Position numbers and translations under genes: made by a program. From Dehalococcoidia bacterium (lineage in GTDB: Bacteria; Chloroflexota; Dehalococcoidia; Lucifugimonadales; GCA-2712585), in NCBI GenBank assembly GCA_963665075.1, contig OY762063.1, positions 2,422,844 to 2,486,843 on the forward strand: DNA of 64,000 nucleotides, read 5' to 3'. The notes under the pieces were generated by a model, which saw nothing but the letters and a program-made list of their open reading frames with translations, was not told where the DNA came from and did no database searches. Of the stretch, positions 54,644 to 64,000 are shown one piece after another; positions within the stretch are counted from its first letter, which is position 1, and every line of letters begins with the position of its first letter.

Positions 54644-54685
54644 CCCGGCGATGGTGACTTTGGTGAAGACCAGCGACCTCCATCC

Positions 54686-57592
54686 CTAATCTACCGGCGC
54701 GGGGGTTTGCTTCCGGGGCGGGGTTAGCGCCGTTTTCAGGTAGTGGCCGGTGTGGGAGGCGGGGACGGTGGCGATGTATTCGGGGGTGCCTTCGGCGACC
54801 ACCTGGCCGCCCTTGTCGGCGGGGCCGGGGCCCATGTCGATTATCCAGTCGGCGTTCTTGATCATGTCCAGGTGGTGCTCGATGAGGATAATCGAGTTGC
54901 CCGCGTCCACCAGGCGGTGCAGCACGTTCAGCAGGGCGGCGCAGTCGGAGAAGGAGAGGCCCGTGGTCGGCTCGTCTAATAGATAGAGAGTCTTGCCGGT
55001 GGCCCGCTTGGATAGCTCCGTGGATAGCTTCACCCGCTGGGCTTCGCCGCCGGAAAGCGTGGTCGCCGGCTGGCCCAATCGGATGTAGCCCAAACCCACG
55101 TCGCGCATGGTTTGCAGCTTGTTGCGAATCTTGGGGATGTTCTGGAAGAACTCCAACGCGGTGTAGACCGTCATCCCCAGCACGTCGGCGATGCTCTTGT
55201 CCCTGTAGCGAATCTCCAGCGCCTCGCGGTTGTAGCGGCGTCCCTTGCACACCTCGCAGGGGACGGTCACGTCGGGCAGGAACTGCATCTCCACGTGGGT
55301 GTAACCCTCGCCCTTGCAGGCCTCGCATCGCCCGCCCTTCACGTTGAAGGAGAAGCGGCCCGGCTTGTAGCCGCGGGCCTTGGATTCGGGCAGGCTGGCG
55401 AACAGGTCGCGGATGGGGGTGAACGTCCCCGTATAGGTGGCGGGATTGCTGCGGGGGGTGCGTCCGATGGGCGACTGGTCGATGTTAATCACCTTGTCGA
55501 GGAGGTCTATGCCGATGACGTTGTCGTGCTTGCCGGGGCGGTCCTTGGCGCGGCTGATGGCCTGGGCGAGGCGCTTGTAGAGGATTTCGTAGACGAGGGT
55601 GCTCTTGCCGGAGCCGGAGACGCCGGTGACGCAGACGAGGCGGCCCAGGGGGAACTTGACGCCAACATTCTTGAGGTTGTTTTCGCGGGCGCCTTTGACT
55701 TCGATGGACGCGCCGTTGCCGTCCCGTCGAGCATCGGGGACGGGGATGGTTTTGCGACCGCTGAGGTAGAGACCGGTCAGGGACTTTTCGGATGCCATGA
55801 CGTCGTCGATGGTGCCTGTGACGACGACCTGTCCGCCGTGCTCGCCGGCGCCTGGGCCGAGGTCTACGATGTGGTTGGCGGCGCGCATGACTGCTTCGTC
55901 GTGCTCGACGACGATGACGGTGTTGCCCAGGTCGCGCAGGTGGTTGAGGGTGCCGATGAGGCGGTTGTCGTCGAAGGGGTGGAGGCCGATGGTGGGTTCG
56001 TCGCAGACGTAGAGGACGCCCGTGAGGCCGGAGCCTATCTGGGTGGCGAGGCGGATGCGTTGGGCCTCGCCGCCGGAGAGGGTTCGCGCGGAGCGGTTCA
56101 GGGTCAGGTAGCCGAGGCCGATGTCTTCGAGGAATTGGAGGCGGGAGAATATCTCCTTCAGGATGGGCTGGGCGATGGCCTTCTCGCGAACCGAAAGGGG
56201 GAGGACCGCGCCGTTGGTGGAACTCTCCGACGCAAGGGCGTTTGCCCATTGGAGGGCCTGGGTGACGGGCAGGGCGCAAACGTCCATGATTCCGCGTCCG
56301 TCCACCTTCACGGAAAGAGCCTCAGGACGTAGGCGTCGGCCTTTGCAGGACTGGCAGGCGCGGGCTGCCATGTATCGCTCGATTTCGCGTCGGATGTAGT
56401 CGGAATCCGTGTCGCGGAAGCGGCGTTCCAGATTGGGGATGACGCCTTCGAAGTTGGTCTTCCAGCTGTAGACGCGGCCCCGCTGGGTTCTGTGCTTGAT
56501 GGTGACGGTATCGCCCCGGCTGCCGTAGAGAATCAGGTCAATGGCATCCTTGGACAGCTTGCGGATGGGCGTGCCGGTGGAGAAGCCGTAGTTGCGGGCC
56601 ATCGACTCCAGCATGCTGCCGTACCAAGGGCTGGAGGAACCGGCCCGCGACCAGGGGAGGACGCCGCCTTCCCGCAGGGAGAGTTCCTTGTTGGAAAGCA
56701 CCAGTTCCGGGTCCACTTCCAGCTTGAAGCCGAGGCCGGTGCAGGCGGAGCAGGCGCCGTGGGGGCTGTTGAAGCTGAAGGTGCGGGGTTCGATTTCGGG
56801 GAGGCCGGTGCCGCAGCTTACGCAGGCGAATTGCTCGGAGAATTCGAGTTCTTCTCCGCCTTCGATGGCAATCTGCACCACGCCGCCGCCTTCGCGGAGG
56901 GCCGTCTCGACGGAGTCGGTGACGCGGACGAGTTCCAGGTGTTCGTCGATGATGAGACGGTCGACGGCAAGCTCAATGTAGTGCCAGTATCGCTTGTCCA
57001 GGTTAAGCTGCTCCGCGTCCTCGACGCGCATCACGTCGCCGTTGACGCGGACGCGGGCGAATCCCTGCTTGCGGGCTTCGCTGAACACCTCCTTATGCTC
57101 GCCTTTGCGACGCCGCACCTTGGGGGCCAACACCATGATGCGCGCGCCTTTGGGAAGGCTGAGGATGGAATCCACAATCTGCTGGACGGTCTGGCGGGCG
57201 ACGGGCTGGCCGCAGCCGGGGCAGTGGGGACGTCCGGCGCGGGCGAAGAGGAGGCGGAGGTAGTCGTAGATTTCGGTGACGGTGCCGACGGTGGAGCGGG
57301 GGTTGTGGGACACGCCCTTCTGGTCGATGGAGATGGCGGGGGAAAGGCCCTCGATGTACTCCACCTCCGGCTTGTCCATCCGCCCCAGAAACTGGCGGGC
57401 GTAGGCGGATAGAGACTCGACGTAGCGGCGCTGTCCTTCGGCGTAGATGGTGTCGAAGGCCAGGGAGCTTTTGCCGGAGCCGGAAACGCCGGTGATGACC
57501 ACGAGCTTGTCGCGGGGGATGGTCACGCTGACGTTCTTGAGGTTGTGCTGGGTCGCGCCCCTGATGACGATGTTTTCCTGCGGCATCTGCAC
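54686..57592 (-). CDS. uvrA: Excinuclease ABC subunit A
   Basis: 968 aa. IRGATQHNLKNVSVTIPRDKLVVITGVSGSGKSSLAFDTIYAEGQRRY, zinc-finger Cys clusters and two ABC modules. Confidence 0.97.
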   Translation of the reverse strand: MQMPQENIVIRGATQHNLKNVSVTIPRDKLVVITGVSGSGKSSLAFDTIYAEGQRRYVESLSAYARQFLGRMDKPEVEYIEGLSPAISIDQKGVSHNPRSTVGTVTEIYDYLRLLFARAGRPHCPGCGQPVARQTVQQIVDSILSLPKGARIMVLAPKVRRRKGEHKEVFSEARKQGFARVRVNGDVMRVEDAEQLNLDKRYWHYIELAVDRLIIDEHLELVRVTDSVETALREGGGVVQIAIEGGEELEFSEQFACVSCGTGLPEIEPRTFSFNSPHGACSACTGLGFKLEVDPELVLSNKELSLREGGVLPWSRAGSSSPWYGSMLESMARNYGFSTGTPIRKLSKDAIDLILYGSRGDTVTIKHRTQRGRVYSWKTNFEGVIPNLERRFRDTDSDYIRREIERYMAARACQSCKGRRLRPEALSVKVDGRGIMDVCALPVTQALQWANALASESSTNGAVLPLSVREKAIAQPILKEIFSRLQFLEDIGLGYLTLNRSARTLSGGEAQRIRLATQIGSGLTGVLYVCDEPTIGLHPFDDNRLIGTLNHLRDLGNTVIVVEHDEAVMRAANHIVDLGPGAGEHGGQVVVTGTIDDVMASEKSLTGLYLSGRKTIPVPDARRDGNGASIEVKGARENNLKNVGVKFPLGRLVCVTGVSGSGKSTLVYEILYKRLAQAISRAKDRPGKHDNVIGIDLLDKVINIDQSPIGRTPRSNPATYTGTFTPIRDLFASLPESKARGYKPGRFSFNVKGGRCEACKGEGYTHVEMQFLPDVTVPCEVCKGRRYNREALEIRYRDKSIADVLGMTVYTALEFFQNIPKIRNKLQTMRDVGLGYIRLGQPATTLSGGEAQRVKLSTELSKRATGKTLYLLDEPTTGLSFSDCAALLNVLHRLVDAGNSIILIEHHLDMIKNADWIIDMGPGPADKGGQVVAEGTPEYIATVPASHTGHYLKTALTPPRKQTPAPVD

Positions 57593-57715
57593 CTTTCCCG
57601 GATGTGGTCAACCCCATTTTATCACTATGCGGGCGCAAACGGCACCACCCCCTCGCACGCCGTCCGTGGCCCGTGGTAGTCATCCCGAAGGCTGATTTGC
57701 TATAATGCGGGGGAA

Positions 57716-58099
57716 ATGCCTATTGTTCCCAAAGAAAGGGCGCTGTGGTTCGTCATAGTATTCGTGTTGCAATTCCTGGGCACGTTGGGGATGGTCATCT
57801 ACCAGGAAGTCGGGGCCAACGTCTCCGACACCGCCTTGGAAACTGCCATAGCGGTGGGCGAGGGGCAAGCGCCATTCGTCTTCATAATCGTGGTTACAAC
57901 GGTAATCATAGTGGAGGGTTCAGCCATGCTGTATGACTGGTACAAGCGGGAAGTAAAGGAACGGGCTGTCAAGCAAACTTGGGAAGAATCCGATAGGCTC
58001 ACACAGGAGTGGGAAAATCTCAGTCCAGAAGAACAGAAACGGCAGGGTGTTACGGAATACGTGCGCAGCAAGCGGTCAGAATCCGATGAGGAGAAGTAG
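57716..58099 (+). CDS. Small membrane protein, unknown function
   Basis: Two TM helices followed by a charged tail containing WENLSPEEQKRQ. Confidence 0.5.
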   Translation: MPIVPKERALWFVIVFVLQFLGTLGMVIYQEVGANVSDTALETAIAVGEGQAPFVFIIVVTTVIIVEGSAMLYDWYKREVKERAVKQTWEESDRLTQEWENLSPEEQKRQGVTEYVRSKRSESDEEK

Positions 58100-58107
58100 G
58101 GGCAGCG

Positions 58108-58362
58108 ATGTTTTTCAGGTCGTTCAGGCAGAGGGTGAAGGAGGAGGCTGAGAAGGAAAGCCGGGAGGAGATTTTTCGCATCGCCAGGGAATGGGACAGT
58201 CTTAGCCTGGAGGAGAAGGAGAAGCGGTCGTTACCGGATTTCTTCCGCGCAAGGTGGAAGGAATTGGATGAAGAACGGGTAGCGCGTCGCAGAGAACGGG
58301 GTGGATTTCAGTTTATGTTTTTGCCGTTCGTTGGGGTTGTAAACTGCTCCTGCTGCAAGTAG
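58108..58362 (+). CDS. Small charged protein, unknown function
   Basis: 84 aa. The tail motif WDSLSLEEKEKR parallels the upstream gene. Confidence 0.4.
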   Translation: MFFRSFRQRVKEEAEKESREEIFRIAREWDSLSLEEKEKRSLPDFFRARWKELDEERVARRRERGGFQFMFLPFVGVVNCSCCK

Positions 58363-58384
58363 GCCGGTTTTACAGGCGTCCGGC

Positions 58385-58942
58385 TTACCATCCCACGCGG
58401 CTGAGGGGGCGGCTCATCGGCCCCCGGTCTTCCAGCTTGCAGCCGGACTCCGGGAGCGGCCTCAGTCGGGGGGTCGCGGCCTGACGGCGATACCGCCTCC
58501 ACCGCTTCTGCTTCTTCATCTCCTCCTCAACCATGTTGAAGTCGAATTTGGAGATGAGGTGAAGGCTGCCCTGGAAGGCCAGGAACCACAATTCCGGCGT
58601 CCACCGGCGGGTGAAGTCCATGCGGGGGGCTATCTGATAGGCGTCGATGTACTGGGACGGATGCAGCACCACGTCGGGGCGGATGCCCACCCGGTAGGGG
58701 AAGTTGCTGCCCCCCTCCACGTTCCACAGGGGCGAGTGGTCGATGTTCAGAGGCTTGGTTACGGTGGCCGAGGCGGCGAAGTACCTTTCCTGGGCGATGT
58801 AGAGGATAACCCGGTCTCCGGGCGCCATGCGCTGCACCTTGCGCCGGTGTTGGGCTATCAGCCCCACCATGTCGAATCCTCGTTTCTCGGCAATCTGAAA
58901 GTTCGCCGGACTCTTTACCACCATCCAGAAGCTTTTAGGCAT
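58385..58942 (-). CDS. EVE/PUA-like domain protein
   Basis: FWMVVKSPANFQIAEKRGF...MAPGDRVILYIAQERYFAASATV shows an EVE-like pattern with a basic C-terminal tail. Confidence 0.5.
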   Translation of the reverse strand: MPKSFWMVVKSPANFQIAEKRGFDMVGLIAQHRRKVQRMAPGDRVILYIAQERYFAASATVTKPLNIDHSPLWNVEGGSNFPYRVGIRPDVVLHPSQYIDAYQIAPRMDFTRRWTPELWFLAFQGSLHLISKFDFNMVEEEMKKQKRWRRYRRQAATPRLRPLPESGCKLEDRGPMSRPLSRVGW

Positions 58943-59056
58943 GACGAATCAAAATCCCTTTGAAGATTTGCACGAAGTCCCATTATTGCACATCGCCGCC
59001 AATTTGTTAAATGCGCGCCCTTGTGCCTTGCGGGATTATGCGCTTACTATTGATGC

Positions 59057-62000
59057 TTGGAAATCGAAATGCGCCACTCCAAGGGCGACGGACGGGAACG
59101 AAGGGTGAATTCCACCGATCATAAACAACGCTTGGACGACCTGCTGAGGCGGAAAATTCTGGTGGCGGGCGACGCCAACGGGACGCGCATTCAGGCGTTG
59201 GACCTCTCCGCCGATGACTTCGGCGGGCCTGAGTACGAGGGGTGCAACGAGTACCTGAACTTGTTGCGCCCCGACTTGGTGCAGGAAATACATCGCGCGT
59301 ACCTGGAGGCGGACGTCGATATCGTCATCACTAACTCCTTCGGGAGCACGCCGTTGGTGCTGGACGAGTACGGGTTGGGGCACCGCGCGCGGGAGATAAG
59401 CGCGGCGGCGGCGCGAAACGCCCGTGTAGTAGCGGATGAGTATTCGACGCCGGAGTGTCCTCGTCTCGTTGCCGGATCGATGGGGCCGACGACGCGTTCG
59501 ATTTCCGTGACGGGCGGCGTTACCTGGGACGAGCTTCGTGAGCATTATTTCGTGCAGGCGTCGGGACTATGGGAAGGCGGCGCGGATCTGCTGTTGGTGG
59601 AGACTTCTCAGGACACGCTGAACGTCAAGGCCGCGCTGGCCGCCATCGACGACCTTTCCGACAAGCTGGGGGTTGAGATTCCCGTGGCGGTCCAGTGCAC
59701 GATCGAGACGATGGGGACAACCTTGGGTGGGCAGGACGTGGAGGCGTTCTACGCTTCCGTGAGCCATCGAAACCTGCTGTGGGTGGGTATGAACTGCTCC
59801 ACCGGGCCGGAATTCATGCGCGACCATCTGCGGACGCTGGCGTCCATATCCCGCTTTCCGGTGGCGGTGATTCCCAACGCCGGATTGCCCGACGAGGACG
59901 GCAACTACAACGAGACGCCGGAGCGTTTTTCTCGGACAATGTTGTCCTTCGTGCGGGAGGGTTGGGTGAACGTCCTCGGCGGTTGCTGCGGCACCACGCC
60001 GGAGCATCTGGAACCGCTGGTGGAAGCTTTGGAGGACGTCGCTCCAAGGAAAGCGTCTGAACGTCAGGCCGTCGTCTTTTCCGGCTTGGAGACGCTTACC
60101 GTCGACGAGGACATCCGCCCCGTGCTGGTGGGCGAACGCACCAACGTGTTAGGCAGCCGTCGGTTCAAGCGGCTCATCCGGCAGGGCAAGTTCGACGAGG
60201 CACAGGAGATTGGGCGTCGTCAGGTGCGCCGAGGCGCCCACGTGGTGGACGTGTGTCTGCAAGACCCCGACCGGGACGAAATGGCGGACATGGTTATCTT
60301 CCTCAAGGGTCTGGTTAGGAAGGTTAAGGCCCCCATCATGCTCGACTCCACGGACACCGAAGTCCTGGCGGAGGCCCTGAAGCACACCCCCGGCAAGAGC
60401 ATCATCAACTCGATAAACCTGGAGGACGGGGAGGAGCGTTTCGCGTCGGTGACGCCTCTGGCCCGCAGCTTTGGCGCGGGGCTGGTGGTGGGGTGCATCG
60501 ACGACGACAAGGAGCAGGCCCAGGCCGTCACCCGCGAGCGGAAGCTGGCCATCGCCCAGCGTTCCTACGAGTTGCTGACGGAGAAGTACGGCGTACCGGC
60601 GGAGGACATCATCTTCGACCCGCTTGTCTTCCCCATCGGCACGGGCGACGTGAACTACGAAGGCGCGGGCGTGGAGACGGTCGAGGGCGTCCGCCTAATC
60701 AAGGAGCATCTGCCACGGGCGCGGACGGTCTTGGGCATCTCCAACGTGTCCTTCGGCCTGCCCCCGGCGGGCCGGGAGGTGCTGAACTCGGTGATGCTGT
60801 ACCACTGCGTTCAGGCGGGCCTGGACATGGCCATCGTCAACACGGAAGGGCTGGTGCGATACGCCTCCATCCCGGAGGACGAGCGAAAACTTGCGGAGGA
60901 CCTCATCTGGTGGCGCGGCGAAGACCCCATCGCCGCCTTCGCCGATCGGTTCCGGGAGCGACGGGTGCAGCGTCCTGAATCGGAGCGGAAGAAGATGCCC
61001 CTGGACAAGCGGCTGTCCTCCGCCATCGTGGAGGGCATCAAAGAGGGACTGGAATCCGACCTGAAGGAAGCGCTGGGCAAGCGGTCGCCGCTGGAGATAA
61101 TCAACGGGCCGCTCATGGACGGGATGAACGAGGTGGGGCGGCTGTTCGGCCTGAACCAGCTAATCGTCGCCGAGGTGCTGAGTTCCGCTGAGGTGATGAA
61201 GGCGGCGGTCTCGTACCTGGAGCCGCTGATGGAGAGCGGCGAAGCGGCCACCCGCGGCACCATCGTCCTAGCCACGGTCAAGGGCGACGTTCACGACATA
61301 GGCAAGAACCTGGTTGACATAATCCTCTCAAACAACGGCTACCGCGTCATCAACCTGGGCATCAAGGTGCCACCGCAGGACCTGATTCAAGCCTACCGGG
61401 AGCACCGGCCCGACATGATTGGGTTGTCGGGGTTGCTGGTCAAGTCGGCGCAGATGATGGTGGAGACGGTGCGCGACCTGACGGAGGCGGGGGTGGACTG
61501 CCCCGTGCTGGTGGGGGGCGCGGCGCTGACGAACCGGTTTACCCGGTTGCGGATAGCGCCGGGACATCGGGGGGTGGTGGGCTACGCCCGCGACGCCATG
61601 TCCGGTCTTGACCTGGCCCACCGTCTTGCCGACGCGGACGAACGGCAGCGGCTGGCGTCGGAACTCGTCCGTGAGACCCAAGTTATGGAGAAGGAGGAAG
61701 CATCGCGAAGCAGTATGCCCCGACCGACGCGGCCTCGTTCGTCGGAGTCAACCGTCGTTCCCGTGACGAATCCCCCTCCACCGCCGGACCTGCGCCGTCA
61801 CCTGCTGAAGGACTTCGACCTCTCCGAAATCTTCCGATACGTCAACCCCGTCATGCTCTATACAAGGCACCTGGGCTATCGAGGTCGATTCGCGGATGCG
61901 CTGGAAGCGGGGGAGGAAAAAGCGGTGGAGCTTCGAGAACGAGTGCGGCGGGTGGAGGACGTGATGATTGAGCGGTCGGACATCCGCGCCAACGCCGTGT

Positions 62001-62608
62001 ACCGGTTCTACCGCGCCGCCTCCGACGGCGACGACCTTCTTATCCTATCCGACGACGGAGAGAGGATACTGGAGCGGTTCCGCTTCGGACGCCAGTCCGA
62101 CGGCGACGGCCTCTGCCTCTCCGACTACGCGCTGCCCCGGAAATCCGGCACGCCCGACTACGTAGGCGCCTTCGTCACAACCATCGGCCCCGGAATCCGC
62201 GAATTGGCCGCCGAATGGCAGGATAAGGGCGACTACCTTTCGTCTCACATCCTGCAAGTCCTGGCGCTGGAAGGCGCGGAGGCCTTCGCCGAGCTTCTGC
62301 ACAAGCGGCTTCGCGCCGCCTGGGGCTTTGCCGACCCGGAGGGATTGACGAACAGGGACCTGTTCAGGGCCAACTACCGGGGCAAGCGATATTCCTTCGG
62401 CTATCCCGCCTGCCCCAGGCTGGAAGACCAAACGCAGCTGTGGCGGCTTCTGGAGCCGGAAAAATCCATCGGCGTCTCGCTGACGGAGGGGTTTATGATG
62501 GAGCCGGAGGGGTCGGTGAGCGCGCTGGTGATGCATCATCCGCAGGCCAAATACTTCAACCTGAGCCCTGAGGACGTGGAGCGGCTGGAGTCCAGGCACG
62601 CCCCCTAA
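59057..62608 (+). CDS. metH: Cobalamin-dependent methionine synthase
   Basis: Hcy-binding (GGCCGTTPEH), pterin-binding, B12-binding (DVHDIGKN) and AdoMet-activation (RYSFGYPACP) modules in order. The exact start is uncertain. Confidence 0.95.
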   Translation: MEIEMRHSKGDGRERRVNSTDHKQRLDDLLRRKILVAGDANGTRIQALDLSADDFGGPEYEGCNEYLNLLRPDLVQEIHRAYLEADVDIVITNSFGSTPLVLDEYGLGHRAREISAAAARNARVVADEYSTPECPRLVAGSMGPTTRSISVTGGVTWDELREHYFVQASGLWEGGADLLLVETSQDTLNVKAALAAIDDLSDKLGVEIPVAVQCTIETMGTTLGGQDVEAFYASVSHRNLLWVGMNCSTGPEFMRDHLRTLASISRFPVAVIPNAGLPDEDGNYNETPERFSRTMLSFVREGWVNVLGGCCGTTPEHLEPLVEALEDVAPRKASERQAVVFSGLETLTVDEDIRPVLVGERTNVLGSRRFKRLIRQGKFDEAQEIGRRQVRRGAHVVDVCLQDPDRDEMADMVIFLKGLVRKVKAPIMLDSTDTEVLAEALKHTPGKSIINSINLEDGEERFASVTPLARSFGAGLVVGCIDDDKEQAQAVTRERKLAIAQRSYELLTEKYGVPAEDIIFDPLVFPIGTGDVNYEGAGVETVEGVRLIKEHLPRARTVLGISNVSFGLPPAGREVLNSVMLYHCVQAGLDMAIVNTEGLVRYASIPEDERKLAEDLIWWRGEDPIAAFADRFRERRVQRPESERKKMPLDKRLSSAIVEGIKEGLESDLKEALGKRSPLEIINGPLMDGMNEVGRLFGLNQLIVAEVLSSAEVMKAAVSYLEPLMESGEAATRGTIVLATVKGDVHDIGKNLVDIILSNNGYRVINLGIKVPPQDLIQAYREHRPDMIGLSGLLVKSAQMMVETVRDLTEAGVDCPVLVGGAALTNRFTRLRIAPGHRGVVGYARDAMSGLDLAHRLADADERQRLASELVRETQVMEKEEASRSSMPRPTRPRSSESTVVPVTNPPPPPDLRRHLLKDFDLSEIFRYVNPVMLYTRHLGYRGRFADALEAGEEKAVELRERVRRVEDVMIERSDIRANAVYRFYRAASDGDDLLILSDDGERILERFRFGRQSDGDGLCLSDYALPRKSGTPDYVGAFVTTIGPGIRELAAEWQDKGDYLSSHILQVLALEGAEAFAELLHKRLRAAWGFADPEGLTNRDLFRANYRGKRYSFGYPACPRLEDQTQLWRLLEPEKSIGVSLTEGFMMEPEGSVSALVMHHPQAKYFNLSPEDVERLESRHAP

Positions 62609-62609
62609 T

Positions 62610-62771
62610 CCCCCCCTCACCTTCCCGCTACCCCCTTTCGTCATTCCCGCGCAGGCGGGAATCCACCACTCCCTCGCCAAACCTCCCGTAGGGTCGAGCG
62701 CCCTGTCGCCCCTACCCCGTTGCGCTTCGTTTGTGATTCCAGTGGGATTCCCCCGCCCGCCCCTCCCCTCT
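62610..62771. repeat. Mixed repeat segment containing the only inverted module A copy seen (62639-62664)
   Basis: CGTCATTCCCGCGCAGGCGGGAATCC is the reverse complement of the usual A orientation. Confidence 0.8.
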
Positions 62772-63640
62772 GGATTCCCGTTTTCACGGGAATGACGAAG
62801 GTGTGCGCTCACCCTGAGCCTGTCGAAGGGTCGAGCGACTGCTGCGTCATCCTCCGGAATCACCCTCATCCTAGCCTTCCCCCATCAAGGGGGAAGGGAG
62901 AAGATGGATTCCCGTTTTCACGGGAATGACGAAGGTGTGCGCTCACCCTGAGCCTGTCGAAGGGTCGAGCGACTGCTGCGTCATCCTCCGGAATCACCCT
63001 CATCCTAGCCTTCCCCCATCAAGGGGGAAGGGAGAAGATGGATTCCCGTTTTCACGGGAATGACGAAGGTGTGCGCTCACCCTGAGCCTGTCGAAGGGTC
63101 GAGTGACTGCTGCGTCATCCTCCGGAATCACCCTCATCCTAGCCTTCCCCCATCAAGGGGGAAGGGAGAAGATGGATTCCCGTTTTCACGGGAATGACGA
63201 AGGTGTGCGCTCACCCTGAGCCTGTCGAAGGGTCGAGCGACTGCTGCGTCATCCTCCGGAATCACCCTCATCCTAGCCTTCCCCCATCAAGGGGGAAGGG
63301 AGAAGATGGATTCCCGTTTTCACGGGAATGACGAAGGTGTGCGCTCACCCTGAGCCTGTCGAAGGGTCGAGCGACTGCTGCGTCATCCTCCAGAATCGCC
63401 CTCATCCTAGCCTTCCCCCATCAAGGGGGAAGGGAGAAGATGGATTCCCGTTTTCACGGGAATGACGAAGGTGTGCGCTCACCCCGAGCCTGTCGAAGGG
63501 TCGAGCGACTGCTGCGTCATCCTCCGGAATCGCCCTCATCCTAGCCTTCCCCCATCAAGGGGGAAGGGAGAAGAGGGATTCCCGTTTTCACGGGAATGAC
63601 GAAGGTGTGCGCTCACCCTGAGCTTGTCGAAGGGTAGGGC
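62772..63640 (+). repeat. Tandem array, 134-bp composite unit x ~6.5 (A-variant hairpin + inverted B + C)
   Basis: Unit starts at 62772, 62906, 63040, 63174, 63308, 63442 and 63576, all 134 bp apart. Copies differ by only a few substitutions (e.g. CGGAATCACC versus CAGAATCGCC). Confidence 0.95.
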
Positions 63641-63646
63641 GTCCGG

Positions 63647-64000
63647 CTAGACCAGGATTCCCCGGTGGTAGCAGGGCAGTTCTCGCTCCGTGGCGAATCG
63701 CACCTGGACGCTCGTCCCCTCCGGGTATAACTCCAGCGTCGGCTTCATGCAGTACACGATTTCGCCGTTGTCCATGATGATGGTGTAGAGGGTGTACGCC
63801 CCGTGATAGGCGGAGGTTATGAGCCGTCCCTGCCCGCCCTCGCAACGCTCGAAGGTCAGCTCTTCGGGACGCGCCATCACCTCCAGACCGCTGAAGAACC
63901 TTGGGGGCGATTCCCGTTTGATTGCGCCCGCGGCGGTGTGAAGCTGCCCTTCGGAGTAGGTCGCGGAAAGGAACCCGGCAATCCCGACGAAGTTGGCAAC
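63647..64000 (-). CDS. Partial hypothetical protein (3' part; reading frame stays open to window end)
   Basis: The frame of ORF 63647..63880 has no stop upstream to position 64000 (...SGLEVMARPEELTFERCEGGQGRLITSAYHG...). No recognisable family. Confidence 0.4.
   Translation of the reverse strand, partial: VANFVGIAGFLSATYSEGQLHTAAGAIKRESPPRFFSGLEVMARPEELTFERCEGGQGRLITSAYHGAYTLYTIIMDNGEIVYCMKPTLELYPEGTSVQVRFATERELPCYHRGILV

Noticed and set aside
58943-59056. SAM/SAH/cobalamin riboswitch upstream of metH
   Set aside because: The leader is only about 115 nt. I could not recognise any conserved riboswitch core by eye, and an Rfam scan would be needed.
62772-63640. Possible CRISPR array (regularly spaced palindromic repeats)
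   Set aside because: The entire 134-bp unit repeats, so there are no unique spacers. The units are built from the same modules found all over the window, and no cas genes are present.

Overview
High-G+C bacterial chromosomal segment. Gene content and repeat style are reminiscent of Chloroflexota (SAR202/Dehalococcoidia-like), but this is unverified. Core genes: glyQS, tRNA-Met, yacL-like/ispD/ispF/cysS, gatB-secG, pcm, a tetrapyrrole cluster (fused ahbA/B-like gene, sirC-like, hemC, cobA-hemD, hemB), uvrA and metH. Interleaved with these are catabolic paralogs (2 amidases, an SDR, 2 luciferase-like oxidoreductases, an FAD oxidase, an alpha/beta hydrolase), an OmpR/histidine-kinase pair, SodC, YceI-like and ankyrin lipoproteins, and one IS30-family element. 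Three visibly lower-G+C accessory islets carry defence or toxin-antitoxin genes. (i) 3.7-9.9 kb, next to tRNA-Met: a type II R-M pair (amino-methyltransferase plus NgoMIV/Cfr10I-like endonuclease), two VapBC pairs, and a GHKL-ATPase/STAS-like pair whose ATPase has a single in-frame TAG. (ii) 49.3-50.4 kb: an orphan protein built from ~22-residue beta-type repeats. (iii) 51.5-54.6 kb: a GmrSD-like type IV restriction gene, two small tail-anchored membrane proteins and HicBA. The most striking sequence-level property is the intergenic repeats. Nearly every intergenic gap from 0.47 to 43.35 kb, and again 62.6-63.6 kb, is packed with a small vocabulary of hairpin-forming repeat modules. The GGATTCCCGC-N4-GCGGGAATGACG hairpin alone has more than 50 copies by hand count. 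The modules are essentially all in one orientation and often tandemly amplified (periods 11 to 147 bp, plus a 134-bp x ~6.5 array after metH). They are sometimes translated in-frame inside genes, and one is split by the IS30 element with a 3-bp target duplication. All calls come from reading the sequence and ORF translations; no database search was run.
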